Below are positions 40,395 through 51,236 of a stretch of DNA of 64,000 nucleotides, piece after piece. Numbering within the stretch: position 1 is the first letter of the stretch; every line of letters starts with the position of its first letter. A program made the position numbers and the translations under genes. Source of the stretch: Erysipelotrichaceae bacterium (GTDB lineage: Bacteria > Bacillota_I > Bacilli_A > RFN20 > CAG-449); NCBI GenBank assembly GCA_015059095.1, contig SVBA01000006.1, positions 17,003 to 81,002 on the forward strand. Direction: 5' to 3'. A model generated the notes under the pieces. It had not been told where the DNA came from, did no database searches, and saw only the letters and a list, made by a program, of their open reading frames with translations.

Positions 40395-41147
40395 CTATAA
40401 AAGAGAGTCAATAATTAATTTAGTAATATTATTGTTATAAATAAATTTTGCTATAGTAAATATTTCTTCATTATTTAAATATATTGTAGTAGCAATTTTT
40501 TGTGACAAATCTGGACTACCTAATGCAACTAATGAAATTAGATAAATAATAATATCTATTGTAAAATAATTAATTGCTAGACCAAATACGAAACCTAACA
40601 ATCTATTAATTCCACCAAGCACCTTATTTTTATTAATCTTCTTAGCAAATCTTAAAACGAAAAAGTAAATTATACTGATTACCACTAACACAATCCCTGC
40701 AGAAATTGCAATAAAGACATATTGGAAAATACCTTGAGAAATTTGCATACCTAAAGACAATCCACCACTATTATTTAGACTGACAATTAATTCAGATAAC
40801 GGATCAATAATAATATTAGGTATATTTAAACTTTTAAGAAGTTCTATAATTTGAGGAAGTTGTTCTCCTCCAGTAAATGGTTCAGCAAATATACTTCCCA
40901 TTCCTTCAATCTGACTTCCTAATTTATTAATCCAATTAATTCCCCATTCTGTTTCTATTAATACTTTTGATAATGGTTCAGATAAAAATTTGATTCCTAA
41001 ATAAATAACTACAATTTTTGACATTTCAACAATACTAAGGGCAAACCCTTTAAAAGCACCTTTAATCGCTCCAATAAGAAGAATAATTAAAGCAATTAAA
41101 CTAATAATATCAATATAAAAATTTCCAATTGTAAATATCGCTTCCAT
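40395..41147 (-). CDS. CvpA-family-like integral membrane protein
   Basis: It has several TM helices. The N-terminal helix followed by a basic GAIKGAFKGF segment resembles CvpA. This is a weak assignment. Confidence 0.4.
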   Translation of the reverse strand: MEAIFTIGNFYIDIISLIALIILLIGAIKGAFKGFALSIVEMSKIVVIYLGIKFLSEPLSKVLIETEWGINWINKLGSQIEGMGSIFAEPFTGGEQLPQIIELLKSLNIPNIIIDPLSELIVSLNNSGGLSLGMQISQGIFQYVFIAISAGIVLVVISIIYFFVLRFAKKINKNKVLGGINRLLGFVFGLAINYFTIDIIIYLISLVALGSPDLSQKIATTIYLNNEEIFTIAKFIYNNNITKLIIDSLL

Positions 41148-41160
41148 TTTATTCTACCTC

Positions 41161-44100
41161 CTAAAAATCAAAATCAAATAATGATAATTGATTTGATTCT
41201 GGTAATCCTTTCAACGTTCCAAGTTTTCTTAAATTTTCAATGTTTTGTTGAGATAACTTTGTTCTTTGAGACAAATCTTCAACTGATAAGAATTCTCTAT
41301 TATTTCTAGCATCTACTACAGTTTGTGCTGCTTGAGTACCTAGATTATCAATAGTATCAAATGGAGGAATAATCATATTATTCTTATGATCAACCACGAA
41401 TTTACCTGCCAAAGAACGATTTAAATCAATAATTCCTATCTTATATCCTCTTTCTGTCATTTCAAGAGCAATATTTAATGTCTTTTCAATTTCTTCATCT
41501 TTTGGAGATAGTTTTTCTCCTCTTTGTTTCATCATCTTATAATCATCAAGTTTTTTACAAATTGCTTTTTCACCTTGAGACATTACTTTAATATCATATT
41601 GTTTAGAACGAGTTGAAAAATAAACCGCATAATATTCAAGTGGATGATAAACCTTGTACCAAGCTACTCTACACGCCATCATAACATATGCAACAGCATG
41701 TGCTTTTGGGAATAAGTACTTAATTTTATTACAAGTATTAATATACCACTCAGGCACTTTATGTTCTCTTAAAATATCTTCATCTTCTGAAGTTAACTTT
41801 TTACCTTTTCTTACTCTTTCCATAATTAAGAAAGCTTTTGAAGGTTCAACTCCATAATTAGATAAACCAATCATAATATCATCACGACATCCAATAACTT
41901 CTTGGAAAGAACATATACCATCATTAATTAAGTCTTGAGCATTACCATTCCATACGTCTGTACCATGTGATAAACCAGAAATAATTAATAAATCTGCAAA
42001 CGATTTCGGTCTAGTTTCTATTAACATTTGTCTAACAAATGGAGTACCGAATTCAGGAACCCCTAATGCACCAGTTTGTTCACCTAGATAATTACTATGA
42101 CACTTTAAAGCATCTCTAGAATTAAATAATGAAATAACTTTTTTATCAGTTAAAGGAACAGTTTTAGCGTCAATTCCTGTTAAGTCTGATAACATTTTTA
42201 AAGCGGTAGGGTCTACGTGACCTAATAAGTCTAATTTCAATACATTATCATGAATCTTATGGAAATCGAAGTGAGTTGTCTTCCATGCGACAGTTAAATC
42301 ATCTGCAGGATATTGAATAGGAGTAAAATCATATACATCCATATCACCTGGAATAACAATAATACCACCTGGATGTTGACCTGTAGTCCTTTTAACACCT
42401 TGACATCCTAAAGATAATCTAGTAATTTCTGCATCCTTAATAGTTTTTGGATCAATACCTTGTGCTTCATAATAACCTAAAGCATAACCATATGCTGTTT
42501 TTTCTGCGACCGTTTCTATTGTTCCTGCTCTATATACATTAGAAACACCTAATAATACTTTAGTTAAATCATGCGCTTTTGCTTGATATTCACCAGAGAA
42601 GTTCAAATCAATATCTGGAACTTTTTCTGCTTTAAATCCTAAGAAAGTAGCAAACGGAATATTTTGTCCATCTCTATCCATTTCATGACCACAATGAGGA
42701 CATTCTTTTTCAGGTAAATCATAACCTGTTCTATACTTGATTGTATCTACATCCCATTCTGAATATAAACAATGAGGGCAACGATAATGAGGTGGAAGAG
42801 GATTAACTTCTGTAATGTCTGCCATAGTAGCAACAAAAGAAGAGCCTACACTACCTCTTGAACCTACCATAAATCCATCTTCATTTGTTTTTCTAACAAT
42901 TTGAGATGCAATATAATATTGAACTGTAAAACCATATTTTAAAATACCATTTAATTCAGCGTTTAAACGATCAGTAATAATTTGAGGTAATGGATCACCA
43001 TATTTCTTTTTCGCATTAGTCCAAACTAATTCTAATAATTTGTTATCACAATTTTCGATATGTGGAGGGTATAATTTTGATTTAATTGGAAATAAAGGTT
43101 CCATCATATCTGCAATTATATTTGAGTTTGTAACAACAATTTCTTTAGCAAGTTCATTATCATTTAAGAAACTAAATTGATGTAACATTTCTTCTGTTGT
43201 TCTAAAGTGTTGATCTGGATTTTCAAATACAATACCTCTACTAGCAAGTTTGTCTCTTATGTAAGGATTAAGAGGATGTCTTCCTCCGCCTACTGCTTTT
43301 GCATATACATATACATCTCTAAAGATTTTATCTTCTTGAGATAAATAATGGCAATCGCCTGTGGCAACACATAATTTACCAGCTTTTTTACTAGCATCAA
43401 TAATATCTTTAATCGTTCTTTTAATTAAATCCATATCTTCAACTTGTTGAGTATTTACTAGTTGAACATAATTTGCAGGAGGTTGAACTTCAATAAAGTC
43501 ATAGAATTTCATTCTCTTTAAGAGAATCTTTTCTCCTTTAGTTTGAGCAACATCAAATATTTCTCCATTATAACAAGCTGAACCAATCAAAAGATTTTTT
43601 CTATATTGTTCTAATATCTTTTTAGGAACCCTAGGAGTATTAGCAAAATATTCAGTATTAGACAAAGAAACAATCTTAAATAAATCCTTTAAACCATCAG
43701 GGTTTTTCGCATAAACTGTAACATGAGATGGTCTTAAGTTCTTAAATAAATTTTCATTAGACAATTTTTTCAAGTCACTATGTAGTAAATCTAAATTATC
43801 TCTAGTAAGTTGCGCTAACATCGCTTGCCATGCTTCATTTAATACACGAGCATCGTAGTCAGCACGGTGGGCATAATGATTACCTTTATTAGAATCATCA
43901 TCTTCCTCGTAATCAACTTGATATTGACGACATAACGCACCTAATGAATGAGATTTATTATCTGGGAAAAGATATCTAGCCAAAGATAAAGTATCAATGA
44001 CTGGATTTTTAATTTCTTCTTGTCCATTATTTAAAAAAGCTTCATTTAAGAATCCAATATCAAATTGAGCATTATGAGTTACTAAAATAGTATTTTCATC

Positions 44101-45513
44101 TTCAATGAACTCTTTAATAATTCTTAAAGCTTCTTTAATTTTTGGACGACCTCTTAACATTTCATCAGTAATGTGAGTCAATTCTTTAATTGTTTTAGAA
44201 AGTGGTTTTTCAGGATCAATTAGTAAGTCCATTGAATCTTGAACTAAGCCATCTTTAAATTTAACTGCACCAAATTCAATAATACGATCATATCTAGCGG
44301 ACAAGCCAGTTGTTTCAAAGTCAAATACAACATAAGTTGCCTTATTTAAAGGAATATCTGTAGGATTAAAAATATATGATAACGAATCATCTACCATATT
44401 CATTTCACATCCATAAATAGCTTTAATACCATATTTTTTCGCTGCCTCTTGAGCATCAGGGAAAGCTTGAACATTATAATGGTCGGTAATCGCCATTGCT
44501 TTCATTCCCCATTTTGCAGCTTGTTTAAAATATTGGTCTACACTAGCTACCCCATCCATATTAGACATCTTTGTATGAGCATGTAATTCAACACGTTTTA
44601 CTTCTGCTTCATCATAGCGTTCAATGTTAAATTCACCTTCCATTGGATTGATGAAGTCTGCTACTAATTGAATATCTTTTGAGAAGTTATTTTTTGTAAC
44701 TCCTCCTCGAATCTTAATATAAGCTCCAATCTTTTTATATTCATCCAATTTTTCAGGAGCAAAATTTCTTCTATTTCCAAAAATTGTAACAGCTATACTA
44801 TCTGTATGATCATAAACAAATAAAGTAACAATTGTTTTCCCTTTTCTAGTAATACGTTCATCTGCCTTAAATACTTGTCCTTCAATTTCTACATTACCCG
44901 AAAATTCATGAATATCACAAATGCGAGTTTTAATATAATTTCCTTTTACTCTTCTTTTATTTTCTTCAGGCATCGATTGAATTAAAGATGATCTTTGAGA
45001 GTAATCTTTATTTACTTCCTTTAACACTTCATTCATTTCTTCTTGTCTTCTAACTAAACTATCTTGATAGACAATATCTGTTCTTAAATCAAAGTTCAAA
45101 TTTAATTCATCCAATAAATCCTCCCACATCTCAATAACAGGAGTAAAATATTGATAATGTAATTTTCCATAGAAAGTAAATTTCAAATCATTCTTATTAA
45201 TTTCACATTTAGGCATCTTATCCGCAGATAAACCCGTATTATATAAAAATTCATCTCTTAACAAATTATATACTTCTTGAGAAGTTGTACCTTTGCCATA
45301 AGTAAAATTTATTGCATTTTTAAAAGGAGCATTGTTAATAGCATCTAATAATCTTTTAGCATCAACATAATTAAAACAATGTTCTTTATATATAGATATA
45401 TAGATGATTCCGTTAGTCTTATCATTAGAAGTGATAGTAAACTTGCAATTTTCATAAGGCGTAACATCATCAATACCAATTCTTTTTAAAAATCTTACAA
45501 ATAATTCATCCAT
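41161..45513 (-). CDS. polC: DNA polymerase III PolC-type (Gram-positive replicative polymerase)
   Basis: It is about 1450 aa. It has an OB domain, a PHP domain, an inserted DEDDh exonuclease (FDFETTGL...HRADYDA) and a polymerase core. The probable ATG start at 45513 is preceded by AGGTGA. The ORF track starts at a GTG 9 nt upstream. Confidence 0.97.
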   Translation of the reverse strand: MDELFVRFLKRIGIDDVTPYENCKFTITSNDKTNGIIYISIYKEHCFNYVDAKRLLDAINNAPFKNAINFTYGKGTTSQEVYNLLRDEFLYNTGLSADKMPKCEINKNDLKFTFYGKLHYQYFTPVIEMWEDLLDELNLNFDLRTDIVYQDSLVRRQEEMNEVLKEVNKDYSQRSSLIQSMPEENKRRVKGNYIKTRICDIHEFSGNVEIEGQVFKADERITRKGKTIVTLFVYDHTDSIAVTIFGNRRNFAPEKLDEYKKIGAYIKIRGGVTKNNFSKDIQLVADFINPMEGEFNIERYDEAEVKRVELHAHTKMSNMDGVASVDQYFKQAAKWGMKAMAITDHYNVQAFPDAQEAAKKYGIKAIYGCEMNMVDDSLSYIFNPTDIPLNKATYVVFDFETTGLSARYDRIIEFGAVKFKDGLVQDSMDLLIDPEKPLSKTIKELTHITDEMLRGRPKIKEALRIIKEFIEDENTILVTHNAQFDIGFLNEAFLNNGQEEIKNPVIDTLSLARYLFPDNKSHSLGALCRQYQVDYEEDDDSNKGNHYAHRADYDARVLNEAWQAMLAQLTRDNLDLLHSDLKKLSNENLFKNLRPSHVTVYAKNPDGLKDLFKIVSLSNTEYFANTPRVPKKILEQYRKNLLIGSACYNGEIFDVAQTKGEKILLKRMKFYDFIEVQPPANYVQLVNTQQVEDMDLIKRTIKDIIDASKKAGKLCVATGDCHYLSQEDKIFRDVYVYAKAVGGGRHPLNPYIRDKLASRGIVFENPDQHFRTTEEMLHQFSFLNDNELAKEIVVTNSNIIADMMEPLFPIKSKLYPPHIENCDNKLLELVWTNAKKKYGDPLPQIITDRLNAELNGILKYGFTVQYYIASQIVRKTNEDGFMVGSRGSVGSSFVATMADITEVNPLPPHYRCPHCLYSEWDVDTIKYRTGYDLPEKECPHCGHEMDRDGQNIPFATFLGFKAEKVPDIDLNFSGEYQAKAHDLTKVLLGVSNVYRAGTIETVAEKTAYGYALGYYEAQGIDPKTIKDAEITRLSLGCQGVKRTTGQHPGGIIVIPGDMDVYDFTPIQYPADDLTVAWKTTHFDFHKIHDNVLKLDLLGHVDPTALKMLSDLTGIDAKTVPLTDKKVISLFNSRDALKCHSNYLGEQTGALGVPEFGTPFVRQMLIETRPKSFADLLIISGLSHGTDVWNGNAQDLINDGICSFQEVIGCRDDIMIGLSNYGVEPSKAFLIMERVRKGKKLTSEDEDILREHKVPEWYINTCNKIKYLFPKAHAVAYVMMACRVAWYKVYHPLEYYAVYFSTRSKQYDIKVMSQGEKAICKKLDDYKMMKQRGEKLSPKDEEIEKTLNIALEMTERGYKIGIIDLNRSLAGKFVVDHKNNMIIPPFDTIDNLGTQAAQTVVDARNNREFLSVEDLSQRTKLSQQNIENLRKLGTLKGLPESNQLSLFDFDF

Positions 45514-45532
45514 ACTTCTCACCTAATTGATT

Positions 45533-46732
45533 CTATAAAAGAACCATAAATAACTTAATAATATCTTTCAAAGTAACTGCAATCATTAACCCAAATAATA
45601 AAACCATACCAACAGTAGACATAATTGATTTAACTTTTGGATTAATTTCTTTTTTAGTAATTCCTTCAATAATTAACACTAAGAAGTGCCATCCATCTAA
45701 TCCTGGGAATGGTAATAAGTTAAAGATAGCTAAGTTACAGCTAATTAATCCCCAGAAATACAAGAAATAACCAAATCCTAATTGAGAAATTTGCATTTGT
45801 TGTTGAACAATAGCAATTGGACCACCTAAATTATTTAATCCTTCTTTAGTAAAGATTGTTCCTAATGCTTTATAAATTGCTAAACAACAATCAATAAATC
45901 TATCGCCAGTTAATACAATCTTTTGACCAAAATTAGGTGTATAAACATCTCTTTCCCAACCAATTTTTGTATCCCATGAATAGTTAATTTTATCACTATT
46001 TTCTTCTTTAGAAGAAATAGTTTTCATTTCAAAAGAAATAGGAGAACTATTCTCTACATTAAATACAACTTTAATTGTATCATTACTGCTTGTTGAACCA
46101 ACACTTGTAATATCGTTTAAGAAATTTCCTAATTCATTTTCTTTAGTAATAGTTCCTGGAACAATAGTATATGTAATCACCTTTTCTGAACCTGAAATAT
46201 TAGATGTAACTACAATTTCATTAATGTCTAGTTCGTTAGATACTAATAATGTTTTTTCAGTTCCTTCTGGAGCATCTACTTTTAAAGTATAGAAATTTAC
46301 ACTTGTTGAAGTATTATCAATATGAGTAGGAGTTGTTAATACTGAAACAAATAATAATAAAAATCCTAACACAAAGTTTAAAGTTACCCCTGCAACCATA
46401 ATGATTGCTCTTTTCCATTTAGCAACGCCTTGTAAAAATCTATGAGGAGGAACTTGTTTTAAAGATTCTTCATCTTCCATTCCTTCACCAGCCATTGCAA
46501 CATAACCACCTAAAGGAATCGCACGGATTGAAAAAGTTGTTTCTCTTGGTTTACCTTTTCTAGTAAATCCTTTTGGTGCAATACTAATAATCTTTGGGCC
46601 AAAACCAATTGAATATTCTTCACAATATACATCAAATAGTTTCGCCATACTTAAATGTCCTAATTCATGAATTGAAACTAAAACAGTTAAGCTCAATAAA
46701 AAATAAATAATGTTTAATATAACATCCCACAT
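45533..46732 (-). CDS. rseP: Site-2 zinc metalloprotease RseP/RasP
   Basis: HELGH sits in the first TM helix. A PDZ-like central region is present. The C-terminus is an LDGG-type motif (GLDGWH). Confidence 0.9.
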   Translation of the reverse strand: MWDVILNIIYFLLSLTVLVSIHELGHLSMAKLFDVYCEEYSIGFGPKIISIAPKGFTRKGKPRETTFSIRAIPLGGYVAMAGEGMEDEESLKQVPPHRFLQGVAKWKRAIIMVAGVTLNFVLGFLLLFVSVLTTPTHIDNTSTSVNFYTLKVDAPEGTEKTLLVSNELDINEIVVTSNISGSEKVITYTIVPGTITKENELGNFLNDITSVGSTSSNDTIKVVFNVENSSPISFEMKTISSKEENSDKINYSWDTKIGWERDVYTPNFGQKIVLTGDRFIDCCLAIYKALGTIFTKEGLNNLGGPIAIVQQQMQISQLGFGYFLYFWGLISCNLAIFNLLPFPGLDGWHFLVLIIEGITKKEINPKVKSIMSTVGMVLLFGLMIAVTLKDIIKLFMVLL

Positions 46733-46734
46733 AT

Positions 46735-47889
46735 TTAGTGTCTCCTTTTTATTTCTTCAATAGTAAGTTTACGCGTTAATTGATCAATATAGACAATATC
46801 TTCTATTGTCGGATTATCAATAACACGGTGAGAAGAAATCATTAAATTAATAATTTCTTCAATCTCTAAGAAACTAATTTCATTTCTTAAAAATGCATAT
46901 ACTGCTTCTTCATTACTCGCGTTTAATACGCAAGGTAATGTTCCACCAGTCTTAATTGATCTTAAAGCATACTCTATGCAAGGGTATCTTTTTAAATCTA
47001 ATTTTCTAAAGTGCAAAGTTCCCATTTCTTCTAACTTTAATACTTTAGTATTAATCTTTTGTCTTTTTCCTTCATATAAAGCATAAGATATAGGTACCTT
47101 CATATCCGCAGGGCCTAAATCTGCCAAATAAGAATTGTCAACAAATTCTACTAACGAATGAATAACCGATTCATCATGAAGTAAAACATCAATCTTTTTT
47201 AAAGGTAAATTAAATAAATGTTTTGCCTCAATTATTTCAAATCCCTTATTCATCATCGTCGCACTATCTATAGTGATTTTTTCTCCCATAGACCAAGAAG
47301 GATGTTTTAATGCATCTTCTTTAGTGACATTAGTTAATTCTTCTCTAGATAAATCTCTAAAGCTTCCTCCAGAAGCAGTAATAACTAACCTTTTAATTTC
47401 TTTTTTCTTTTTACCTTTTAAACATTTTGCTAATGCAACATGTTCACTATCAATAGGATAAAGTTTTGAAGTTGATTTTTTTAATAAATCATTGATTATT
47501 TCTCCACCAACAACTAAAGACTCCTTATTAGCGAGAGCTAAATCAATATTTTTACTAATAGTATGCACACTAGGAATAAAACCAACAAATCCTACTAGTG
47601 CATTTACAACCATATCATAAGATGAACTATCAATTAATTTAATTAATCCTTCATCTCCATAATAGAAAGTAACATCTTTAAATTCTTCTTCTAATAAAGA
47701 AATGTTTTCCTTATCTTGTACACAAGCAAATTTGATATCTTTATTAGAAAATAAAATTTTTCTTAACTCATTTATATTTTTCCCACAAGAAACACCTACT
47801 AAAGAAAAATCTTTAATATTGTCATTAATTATTTCAATTGTTTGTCTTCCAATTGAACCTGTTGAACCTAATAAACAAATTTTTTTCAT
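46735..47889 (-). CDS. dxr: 1-deoxy-D-xylulose 5-phosphate reductoisomerase
   Basis: The N-terminal NADPH motif is LGSTGSIGRQT. The product is 384 aa. The gene order is cdsA-dxr-rseP. Confidence 0.95.
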   Translation of the reverse strand: MKKICLLGSTGSIGRQTIEIINDNIKDFSLVGVSCGKNINELRKILFSNKDIKFACVQDKENISLLEEEFKDVTFYYGDEGLIKLIDSSSYDMVVNALVGFVGFIPSVHTISKNIDLALANKESLVVGGEIINDLLKKSTSKLYPIDSEHVALAKCLKGKKKKEIKRLVITASGGSFRDLSREELTNVTKEDALKHPSWSMGEKITIDSATMMNKGFEIIEAKHLFNLPLKKIDVLLHDESVIHSLVEFVDNSYLADLGPADMKVPISYALYEGKRQKINTKVLKLEEMGTLHFRKLDLKRYPCIEYALRSIKTGGTLPCVLNASNEEAVYAFLRNEISFLEIEEIINLMISSHRVIDNPTIEDIVYIDQLTRKLTIEEIKRRH

Positions 47890-47897
47890 TTTCTCTC

Positions 47898-48917
47898 CTA
47901 TACAACAAATGGGAAATAATGGATAGTAATAATTAAAATCGATACGAATAGACTTGTTACTAATAATGAATCAATTCTATCTAAAATACCACCATGACCT
48001 GGTAATAAATTAGAGAAATCTTTAATGTTATAATGACGTTTAATTGCTGAGAAAATAAAATCACCAATAACAGAAACAATTGGCATAATCATTGAAATAA
48101 TTAAAATCCAATACCAATGTTCATGATCTAAAATTCCTTTTAAAATAGGAATATTACAAGCAGATAATACCATTGCAAAAGTAAAACTTAATACAAATGA
48201 GCTGATAACTCCACCAAAGAAACCTTCCCAAGTCTTATTTGGAGAAATACGAGGGTTCATTTTATGTTTACCAAATAAAATACCTATGTAGTATGCTCCA
48301 ATATCCGAACCAAAGCATCCAATTACCATATAAATAAAAAGTAAACAAGAAGGAATTTGATTGCCTCCATAATCATATCCATTAGTAATAGATGACATAG
48401 GGGCAAATCTTAAGAAGTAAACAGCTTGAATAGATAGACTGAAGAATAATGACATCGCAAAATAATAACATACATCAGGGACGCTAAATTTAGAAGTCAA
48501 CATTGATCCTAAGAATAATCCACAAATTAATACTGCAAAACCTAATGTAGAAACAGTTAAATCTGACATTAATAAATGTCCTGAACTATTTATTAATTCT
48601 CCATTTTGCATATAACTTTTAAACATTGCCCAGTAAATAAACGTTAGAGTCATAACAAATGTTAAAATATCAATCCAAATAGGATGCTTTTGATGTTTTA
48701 AAACTCTAATGAATTCATAAGTTCCCAATACTGAAATTAATAAACCAAAAATCAAGAATACCCAATCCCCAAAAATAATTGCTGGTATTGCAACAGCAGC
48801 AATCACTAACGCAGTAATAGTTCTAACTCTAATTGATTTTTTAGTTTTTTCTGTAATTTCATTTATTTGAATAGTTGTTGTATGAAATTTTTTGTTATTT
48901 TTACTTTCTTCACTCAT
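47898..48917 (-). CDS. cdsA: Phosphatidate cytidylyltransferase with an N-terminal extension of about 60 aa
   Basis: The C-terminal CdsA signature is SAIKRHYNIKDFSNLLPGHGGILDRIDS. It is a multi-TM protein. Confidence 0.85.
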   Translation of the reverse strand: MSEESKNNKKFHTTTIQINEITEKTKKSIRVRTITALVIAAVAIPAIIFGDWVFLIFGLLISVLGTYEFIRVLKHQKHPIWIDILTFVMTLTFIYWAMFKSYMQNGELINSSGHLLMSDLTVSTLGFAVLICGLFLGSMLTSKFSVPDVCYYFAMSLFFSLSIQAVYFLRFAPMSSITNGYDYGGNQIPSCLLFIYMVIGCFGSDIGAYYIGILFGKHKMNPRISPNKTWEGFFGGVISSFVLSFTFAMVLSACNIPILKGILDHEHWYWILIISMIMPIVSVIGDFIFSAIKRHYNIKDFSNLLPGHGGILDRIDSLLVTSLFVSILIITIHYFPFVV

Positions 48918-48977
48918 AATATTACCCCCTAAGTAATATAGTATATATAATTATACATTAATAAATTACAATTAAAA

Positions 48978-49019
48978 AGTAATTTATTAAAAAAGCCTAA
49001 GTAGTCATCTACTCAGGCT
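48978..49019 (-). terminator. Rho-independent terminator after frr
   Basis: On the minus strand, the stem AGCCUGAGUAG/CUACUUAGGCU has one mismatch and is followed by UUUUUAAUAAAUU. Confidence 0.45.
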
Positions 49020-49025
49020 CTTTTA

Positions 49026-49568
49026 TTAAATAGTCATGATTTCTTTTTCTTTAGAAGCAAATTCTTCATCTGCTTTTTTGCAATATTCATCAGTTAATTT
49101 TTGAACTTCTGTTTCAAGTTTCTTTTCCATATCTTCTGGATATTCTGCATCTTTGATCATATCAAGAGCATCTCTTCTACAGTTTCTAATTGCAACTTTA
49201 CCTTCTTCAGCATATTTTTTAGCAGTTTTAGCAATTTCTCTTCTTCTTTCTTCAGTTAATGCTGGAACGTTTAATCTTACTAAGTTTCCATCATTAATTG
49301 GAGTGATACCAATATTACTTGCATTAAGCGCAGAAATAATTGCTTTCATATCATTTCTATCATATGGTTTAACGACTAATTGTCTAGGTTCTGGTACTTG
49401 AATTGAAGCAATTTGGTTCAATGGAATTTTATCTCCATAATATTCAACTTGAATACCATCTAACATTTTAGCACTTGCTCTACCTGTTCTTAATGTAGAT
49501 AAACTTTTCTTTAAAGCTTCAATTTTTCCTTCTAAATCCGCTTTTAATAATTCGATTTCTTCTGTCAT
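49026..49568 (-). CDS. frr: Ribosome recycling factor
   Basis: LRTGRASAKMLDGIQVEYYG is present. The likely start is the ATG at 49568, preceded by AAAGGAG and 4 nt after the pyrH stop. The ORF track extends 72 nt upstream into pyrH. Confidence 0.9.
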   Translation of the reverse strand: MTEEIELLKADLEGKIEALKKSLSTLRTGRASAKMLDGIQVEYYGDKIPLNQIASIQVPEPRQLVVKPYDRNDMKAIISALNASNIGITPINDGNLVRLNVPALTEERRREIAKTAKKYAEEGKVAIRNCRRDALDMIKDAEYPEDMEKKLETEVQKLTDEYCKKADEEFASKEKEIMTI

Positions 49569-49572
49569 ATTT

Positions 49573-50295
49573 TTATTCTCCTTTGATTGTAGTTCCAACA
49601 TCTTCACCATCAAGAATTCTTGTGAAATTTGATGTATCATTCATATTGAAAACTCTAATTTCTAAATTTGTATCCATACATAAGGATACTGCTGTTCTAT
49701 CCATAACTTTTAAATCACGCTCTAACATTTCTTGATAAGATAAATGGGAGATAAATTGAGCATTTTTATCTGTATTTGGATCCGCAGTATATACTCCATC
49801 AACGCCATTTTTAGCCATCAAGATAGCATCACATTTAATATCTCTAGCTCTTAATGCTGCTGTTGTATCTGTTGTAAAGTTAGGACTTCCTGTTCCGCCT
49901 CCAAAGATAACAACTCTTCCTTTTTCTAAATGTCTAACAGCCTTTTTCCAAATGTAAGGTTCTGCTACAGATTTTGTTTCTAAAGCAGTCATTACTCTTG
50001 CTTCAACACCAACTTGAGTTAATGCTGATTCAACAGCCAATGCGTTAATTATTGTGCCAAGCATTCCCATATAATCAGCAGTTGCAGAATCTACACCAAT
50101 AGATTTAGCAAGTTTACCTCTCCAAATATTTCCTCCGCCAACTACGATTGCAACTTCTACACCACGATCTCTCATAGCTTTAATTGCACTAGCGACAAAT
50201 TCTAAATTTTTAGCGTCAAATATTTCTTTAGTTTCTTTATTTGATAAAGCTTCTCCTGATAATTTAAGAAGGACACGATTATATTTATTGTACAT
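49573..50295 (-). CDS. pyrH: UMP kinase
   Basis: It begins RVLLKLSGEAL and contains the GGGN motif. The product is 240 aa. Confidence 0.95.
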   Translation of the reverse strand: MYNKYNRVLLKLSGEALSNKETKEIFDAKNLEFVASAIKAMRDRGVEVAIVVGGGNIWRGKLAKSIGVDSATADYMGMLGTIINALAVESALTQVGVEARVMTALETKSVAEPYIWKKAVRHLEKGRVVIFGGGTGSPNFTTDTTAALRARDIKCDAILMAKNGVDGVYTADPNTDKNAQFISHLSYQEMLERDLKVMDRTAVSLCMDTNLEIRVFNMNDTSNFTRILDGEDVGTTIKGE

Positions 50296-50315
50296 ACTAT
50301 CACCCCCGAAATGTT

Positions 50316-50343
50316 TTGAAAAAGCACTCTAAAAAGAGTGCTT
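50316..50343 (-). terminator. Intergenic hairpin between tsf and pyrH (terminator or attenuator)
   Basis: A perfect 9-bp stem AAGCACTCT/AGAGTGCTT with a 4-nt loop is followed on the minus strand by UUUCAAAACAUUU. Confidence 0.45.
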
Positions 50344-50347
50344 AGTT

Positions 50348-51217
50348 TTATTTCATTTGTTTTGCAACTTCTTCAGCAAAGTTTTCTTCACGTTTTTGGA
50401 TACCTTCACCTACTTGGTAACGGATGAATGATACCATTGAAGCGTTAGCGCTCTTTAAAACGTTAGCAACTTTTTGGCTTGGGTCTAATAAATATTCTTG
50501 AGCTAATAATACAGATTCAGCGAAATATTTATTAACTTTACCTTGGATAATACCAGCTAATACTTTTTCTGGTTTACCTACTAATTTTGGATCTTCTTTT
50601 GCTTTTTCTAATTGAATTTTAGTTTCTTTTTCAACTTCTTCAGCTGGGATATCGTCTTGAGATAAATATCTTGGGTTATTAGCAGCGATTGACATTGCAA
50701 TACCCTTAGCTAATTCATCAGATCCACCATTAACAACTGCTAATACAGAAATTTTTCCACCCATATGGATGTATGAACCGAATTTTTGGTCGTCAGTTTT
50801 AGTAACAATTTCGAATCTTCTGAAATCTAATTTTTCACCAATTTTAACAGTAGCGTTAGTGAAGATTTCTTTTGTTAATTCTTTTGCACAGTTAATGCAA
50901 GCTGGTTTTTCAGCTAAGATTAATTGAGCTACTTCGTTAACTAAAGATTTGAATGCATCTGATTTTGCAACGAAGTCTGTTTCTGAGTTAATTTCTAAGA
51001 TAACAGCGTTGTTACCTTCAGCAATAACAGTTGTTAAACCTTCAGCAGCAATTCTTGTAGATTTTTTAGCTGCTTTAGCAATACCTTTTTCTCTTAACCA
51101 GTCACATGCTTTTTCAACGTCTGAATCACAAGCTAATAGAGCTGCTTTACAGTCCATCATACCTGCACCAGTACGTTCTCTTAATACTTTAATTAATTCG
51201 ATTAAATTTGATGCCAT
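50348..51217 (-). CDS. tsf: Elongation factor Ts
   Basis: The N-terminal UBA-like region reads LRERTGAGMMDCKAAL. The product is 289 aa. Confidence 0.95.
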   Translation of the reverse strand: MASNLIELIKVLRERTGAGMMDCKAALLACDSDVEKACDWLREKGIAKAAKKSTRIAAEGLTTVIAEGNNAVILEINSETDFVAKSDAFKSLVNEVAQLILAEKPACINCAKELTKEIFTNATVKIGEKLDFRRFEIVTKTDDQKFGSYIHMGGKISVLAVVNGGSDELAKGIAMSIAANNPRYLSQDDIPAEEVEKETKIQLEKAKEDPKLVGKPEKVLAGIIQGKVNKYFAESVLLAQEYLLDPSQKVANVLKSANASMVSFIRYQVGEGIQKREENFAEEVAKQMK

Positions 51218-51236
51218 AATTTTATTCTCCTTTTAA

